Of a stretch of 32,000 bases of DNA, positions 30,168-32,000 are shown piece after piece. Numbering within the stretch: position 1 is the stretch's first letter; the number at the start of each line of letters is the position of its first letter. Made by a program: the position numbers and the translations under genes. Source of the stretch: Thermococcus sp. EP1 (GTDB lineage Archaea; Methanobacteriota_B; Thermococci; Thermococcales; Thermococcaceae). A model generated the notes under the pieces. That model was not told where the DNA came from. It saw only the letters and a list, made by a program, of their open reading frames with translations, and ran no database searches. Location: positions 46,620-78,619 of the forward strand of contig NZ_JXCG01000008.1 in the NCBI RefSeq assembly GCF_001317345.1, read 5' to 3'.

Positions 30168-30668
30168 ATGAAAGTACTGTTTTTAACGGCAGATACGTTT
30201 GAAGATTTGGAACTTCTTTATCCACTCTACAGAATGAAGGAAGAAGGGCATGAAGTTTATATTGCAAGCAATAAAAAGGGTACAATAGTAGGAAAACACA
30301 ATTATTCCGTAAATGTTGATTTAGTCTTTGATGACGTGAATCCAGATGAATTTGATGCTCTAGTTTTACCTGGAGGAAGAGCACCTGAAATTGTAAGAAT
30401 ATACCCCAAAGCCGTGGAAATAGCTAAAAAGATGTTTGAAGCTGGAAAACCCGTAGCAAGTATATGTCACGGCCCTCAGGTTCTGATATCTGCAGGTGTT
30501 CTTAAAGGAAGAAAAGGGACGTGTGTCGTCACAATAAAAGATGACCTCATAAACGCTGGAGCTGAATATATCGACAGTGAAGTTGTTGTCGATGGAAATT
30601 GGGTAAGCTCCAGACATCCTGGAGATATCTCTGCTTGGATGAGAGAGTTTGTAAAACTTTTGAAGTGA
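30168..30668 (+). CDS. pfpI: PfpI-type intracellular protease/deglycase (DJ-1/PfpI family)
   Basis: 'MKVLFLTADTFEDLELLYP' and the nucleophile elbow 'ICHGPQVLISAG'. ATG 30168 is preceded by GGTGA. Confidence 0.93.
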   Translation: MKVLFLTADTFEDLELLYPLYRMKEEGHEVYIASNKKGTIVGKHNYSVNVDLVFDDVNPDEFDALVLPGGRAPEIVRIYPKAVEIAKKMFEAGKPVASICHGPQVLISAGVLKGRKGTCVVTIKDDLINAGAEYIDSEVVVDGNWVSSRHPGDISAWMREFVKLLK

Positions 30669-30669
30669 G

Positions 30670-30678
30670 TTTCTTTTT
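30670..30678 (+). terminator. Oligo-T tract after pfpI
   Basis: TTTCTTTTT begins 2 nt after the TGA. Confidence 0.45.
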
Positions 30679-30896
30679 CATTATTTGGTATTTAGAAAGT
30701 CTATTTGTGGTATTCATATCGAACAATGTACCAACAATTTTATTAACTTTCGAACATAAGTGTAATTAACAAAAAAGCATTCGGACCTAAGAATGCCCAA
30801 TCTCGGGTAAGAAACTTTGTGGAACCTATTGAAACTATTCGTTTCACCGCTTCCCTAAAATATTTAAACGTGGAAATACTCTGTAGGTGATTAAAT

Positions 30897-31607
30897 ATGA
30901 CAAAAGAGTTTGAATTTTCGTTATGGAACTATATGAAAGACATCAAATGGGGAGAGTATGTTGTGATAAAACATACATCCAGCGATCCTACCCATCTTTT
31001 GTTCTATATATTAATACGACAACTACAGGAAGACAACACGCCATTCATCATTGTAGATGTTCTTGATAAACTCCATCTTTTCAAGACGCACTTAATGACT
31101 GCTGGAATAGACACAAGTATTGTAAATGATATTCCAGTGATAAAACTCGGAGGCATAAAACATACTGGAAATATCATGAGTTTAATTGAAAGGGTTGACA
31201 TCTCCCAAGATATCCCCATATGGACAAGACACTACCGTGAAGCTCTCCATAGGGTGGAAGAACGATTCAACAATTACATCAAGATAATAGTTGGTGTCGA
31301 TGCTCTGCTTCAACTCTATGAAGAGAATATTTGGGATCTTAATATTCTAATGCTTTCTGGATTTGCTAATATGCTAGGAGACAAGAGAAGTAAAGGGTTT
31401 ATATTTCTAAACTACTCGACACTCAAATCTACAACTATCTTAAAACTTGAGGAGATCTTCACAAGAATTCTAAGCGTAGGATTGGAAGAAAACACGCTAA
31501 CTCTGAGGATTGAGAAATCCATAAACTTCAGCGAGTATAGAAAAGAAATTAAAGTTAATGCTCAAGAACTTCAAGATTATTTAATAGGGCCAAGCCCTAC
31601 AAAATAA
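30897..31607 (+). CDS. Hypothetical protein; possible degenerate KaiC/RecA-like fold lacking Walker A (DUF257-like?)
   Basis: 236-aa ORF with AGGTGA upstream of the ATG. It shows a 'GEYVVIKHTSSDPTHLLFYILIRQL...PFIIVDV' strand-loop-helix-strand pattern where KaiC/RadA-like proteins carry the P-loop. The sequence is AT-rich. Confidence 0.55.
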   Translation: MTKEFEFSLWNYMKDIKWGEYVVIKHTSSDPTHLLFYILIRQLQEDNTPFIIVDVLDKLHLFKTHLMTAGIDTSIVNDIPVIKLGGIKHTGNIMSLIERVDISQDIPIWTRHYREALHRVEERFNNYIKIIVGVDALLQLYEENIWDLNILMLSGFANMLGDKRSKGFIFLNYSTLKSTTILKLEEIFTRILSVGLEENTLTLRIEKSINFSEYRKEIKVNAQELQDYLIGPSPTK

Positions 31608-31619
31608 AACTAAAAGGGG

Positions 31620-32000
31620 TCAAAAGACGGCCCTATCCCTCCCCTCTATTTGTTTCACTTCAGCTTTCTTTTTAGTGAACATTTCTTCAATTCTCTTGTA
31701 GTATTCTATAGTCTCCTCACTTATACTTGGGCTTACTTTCTTCAGGGCTTCTTCAAAATCCTTCATTGTAACTTTGACACGTTTTCTGATATCACTCGCC
31801 CTTGTATTAGGACTTATCTCTCCCTTTAATATTGCTCCTCTCATGGCATTAAGTGCTGCCTCTCTTACCACAGCCTCGATGTCGGCTCCTGTATATCCTT
31901 CAGTCCTTTTTGCTAGCTCTTCTAAACTAACATCTTCCGCAAGTGGGACATTTCTTGTATGAACCTTGAATATCTCAAGCCTTGCTTTTTCATCTGGTGC
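31620..32000 (-). CDS. CDC48/VCP-type AAA+ ATPase, C-terminal end (the gene continues beyond the right edge)
   Basis: The frame is open to nt 32000. The translation '...PDEKARLEIFKVHTRNVPLAEDVSLEELAKRTEGYTGADIEAVVREAALNAMR' is the lid of an AAA D2 domain. Confidence 0.85.
   Translation of the reverse strand, partial: APDEKARLEIFKVHTRNVPLAEDVSLEELAKRTEGYTGADIEAVVREAALNAMRGAILKGEISPNTRASDIRKRVKVTMKDFEEALKKVSPSISEETIEYYKRIEEMFTKKKAEVKQIEGRDRAVF

Noticed and set aside
30777-30796. 6-bp hairpin GCATTC/GAATGC with an 8-nt loop, and short direct repeats (TCGAACA x2, GAAACT x2), in the spacer upstream of ORF 30897.
   Set aside because: They are too short to distinguish from chance in a 228-nt AT-rich spacer. 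They are noted only as possible operator candidates if the downstream ORF proves interesting.

Overview
This window is a dense, mostly housekeeping stretch of chromosome from a hyperthermophilic euryarchaeon, most consistent with Thermococcales. The evidence for that is reverse gyrase, aIF5B, TFB, Fen1, S19e, ADP-forming acetyl-CoA synthetase alpha, PfpI, ribose-1,5-bisphosphate isomerase, archaeal phosphopantothenate synthetase, Taw3, BRE/TATA-like promoters, GGTGA-type ribosome-binding sites and a roughly 40% G+C appearance. I support about 31 protein genes (two cut by the window edges), one tRNA-His(GUG) with encoded G-1 and CCA, and one candidate C/D box sRNA. I saw no CRISPR array, transposase or integrase, intein-sized insertions, or obviously disrupted genes. 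Many ORF-track entries are antisense shadows of real genes, and several real genes probably start at an internal ATG or GTG preceded by a GGTGA-like motif rather than at the longest-ORF start. I did not find a convincing multi-gene novel system. The best leads are as follows: (1) an AT-rich accessory-looking patch at the left edge, with a 5'-truncated SPPY DNA methyltransferase, a 400-nt spacer holding a C/D sRNA candidate, and an orphan Rossmannoid NDT/TIR-like ORF; (2) an AT-rich orphan ORF at 30897-31607 that looks like a Walker-A-less KaiC/RecA-type protein; (3) a GC-rich two-stem hairpin at 3938-3979; (4) a small SWIM zinc-finger protein and an AACCT repeat array upstream of reverse gyrase; (5) annotation-level points around the TFB start and promoter, and stop codons embedded in palindromes at convergent gene ends. 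All functional calls rest on motif recognition by eye and need HMM or BLAST confirmation.
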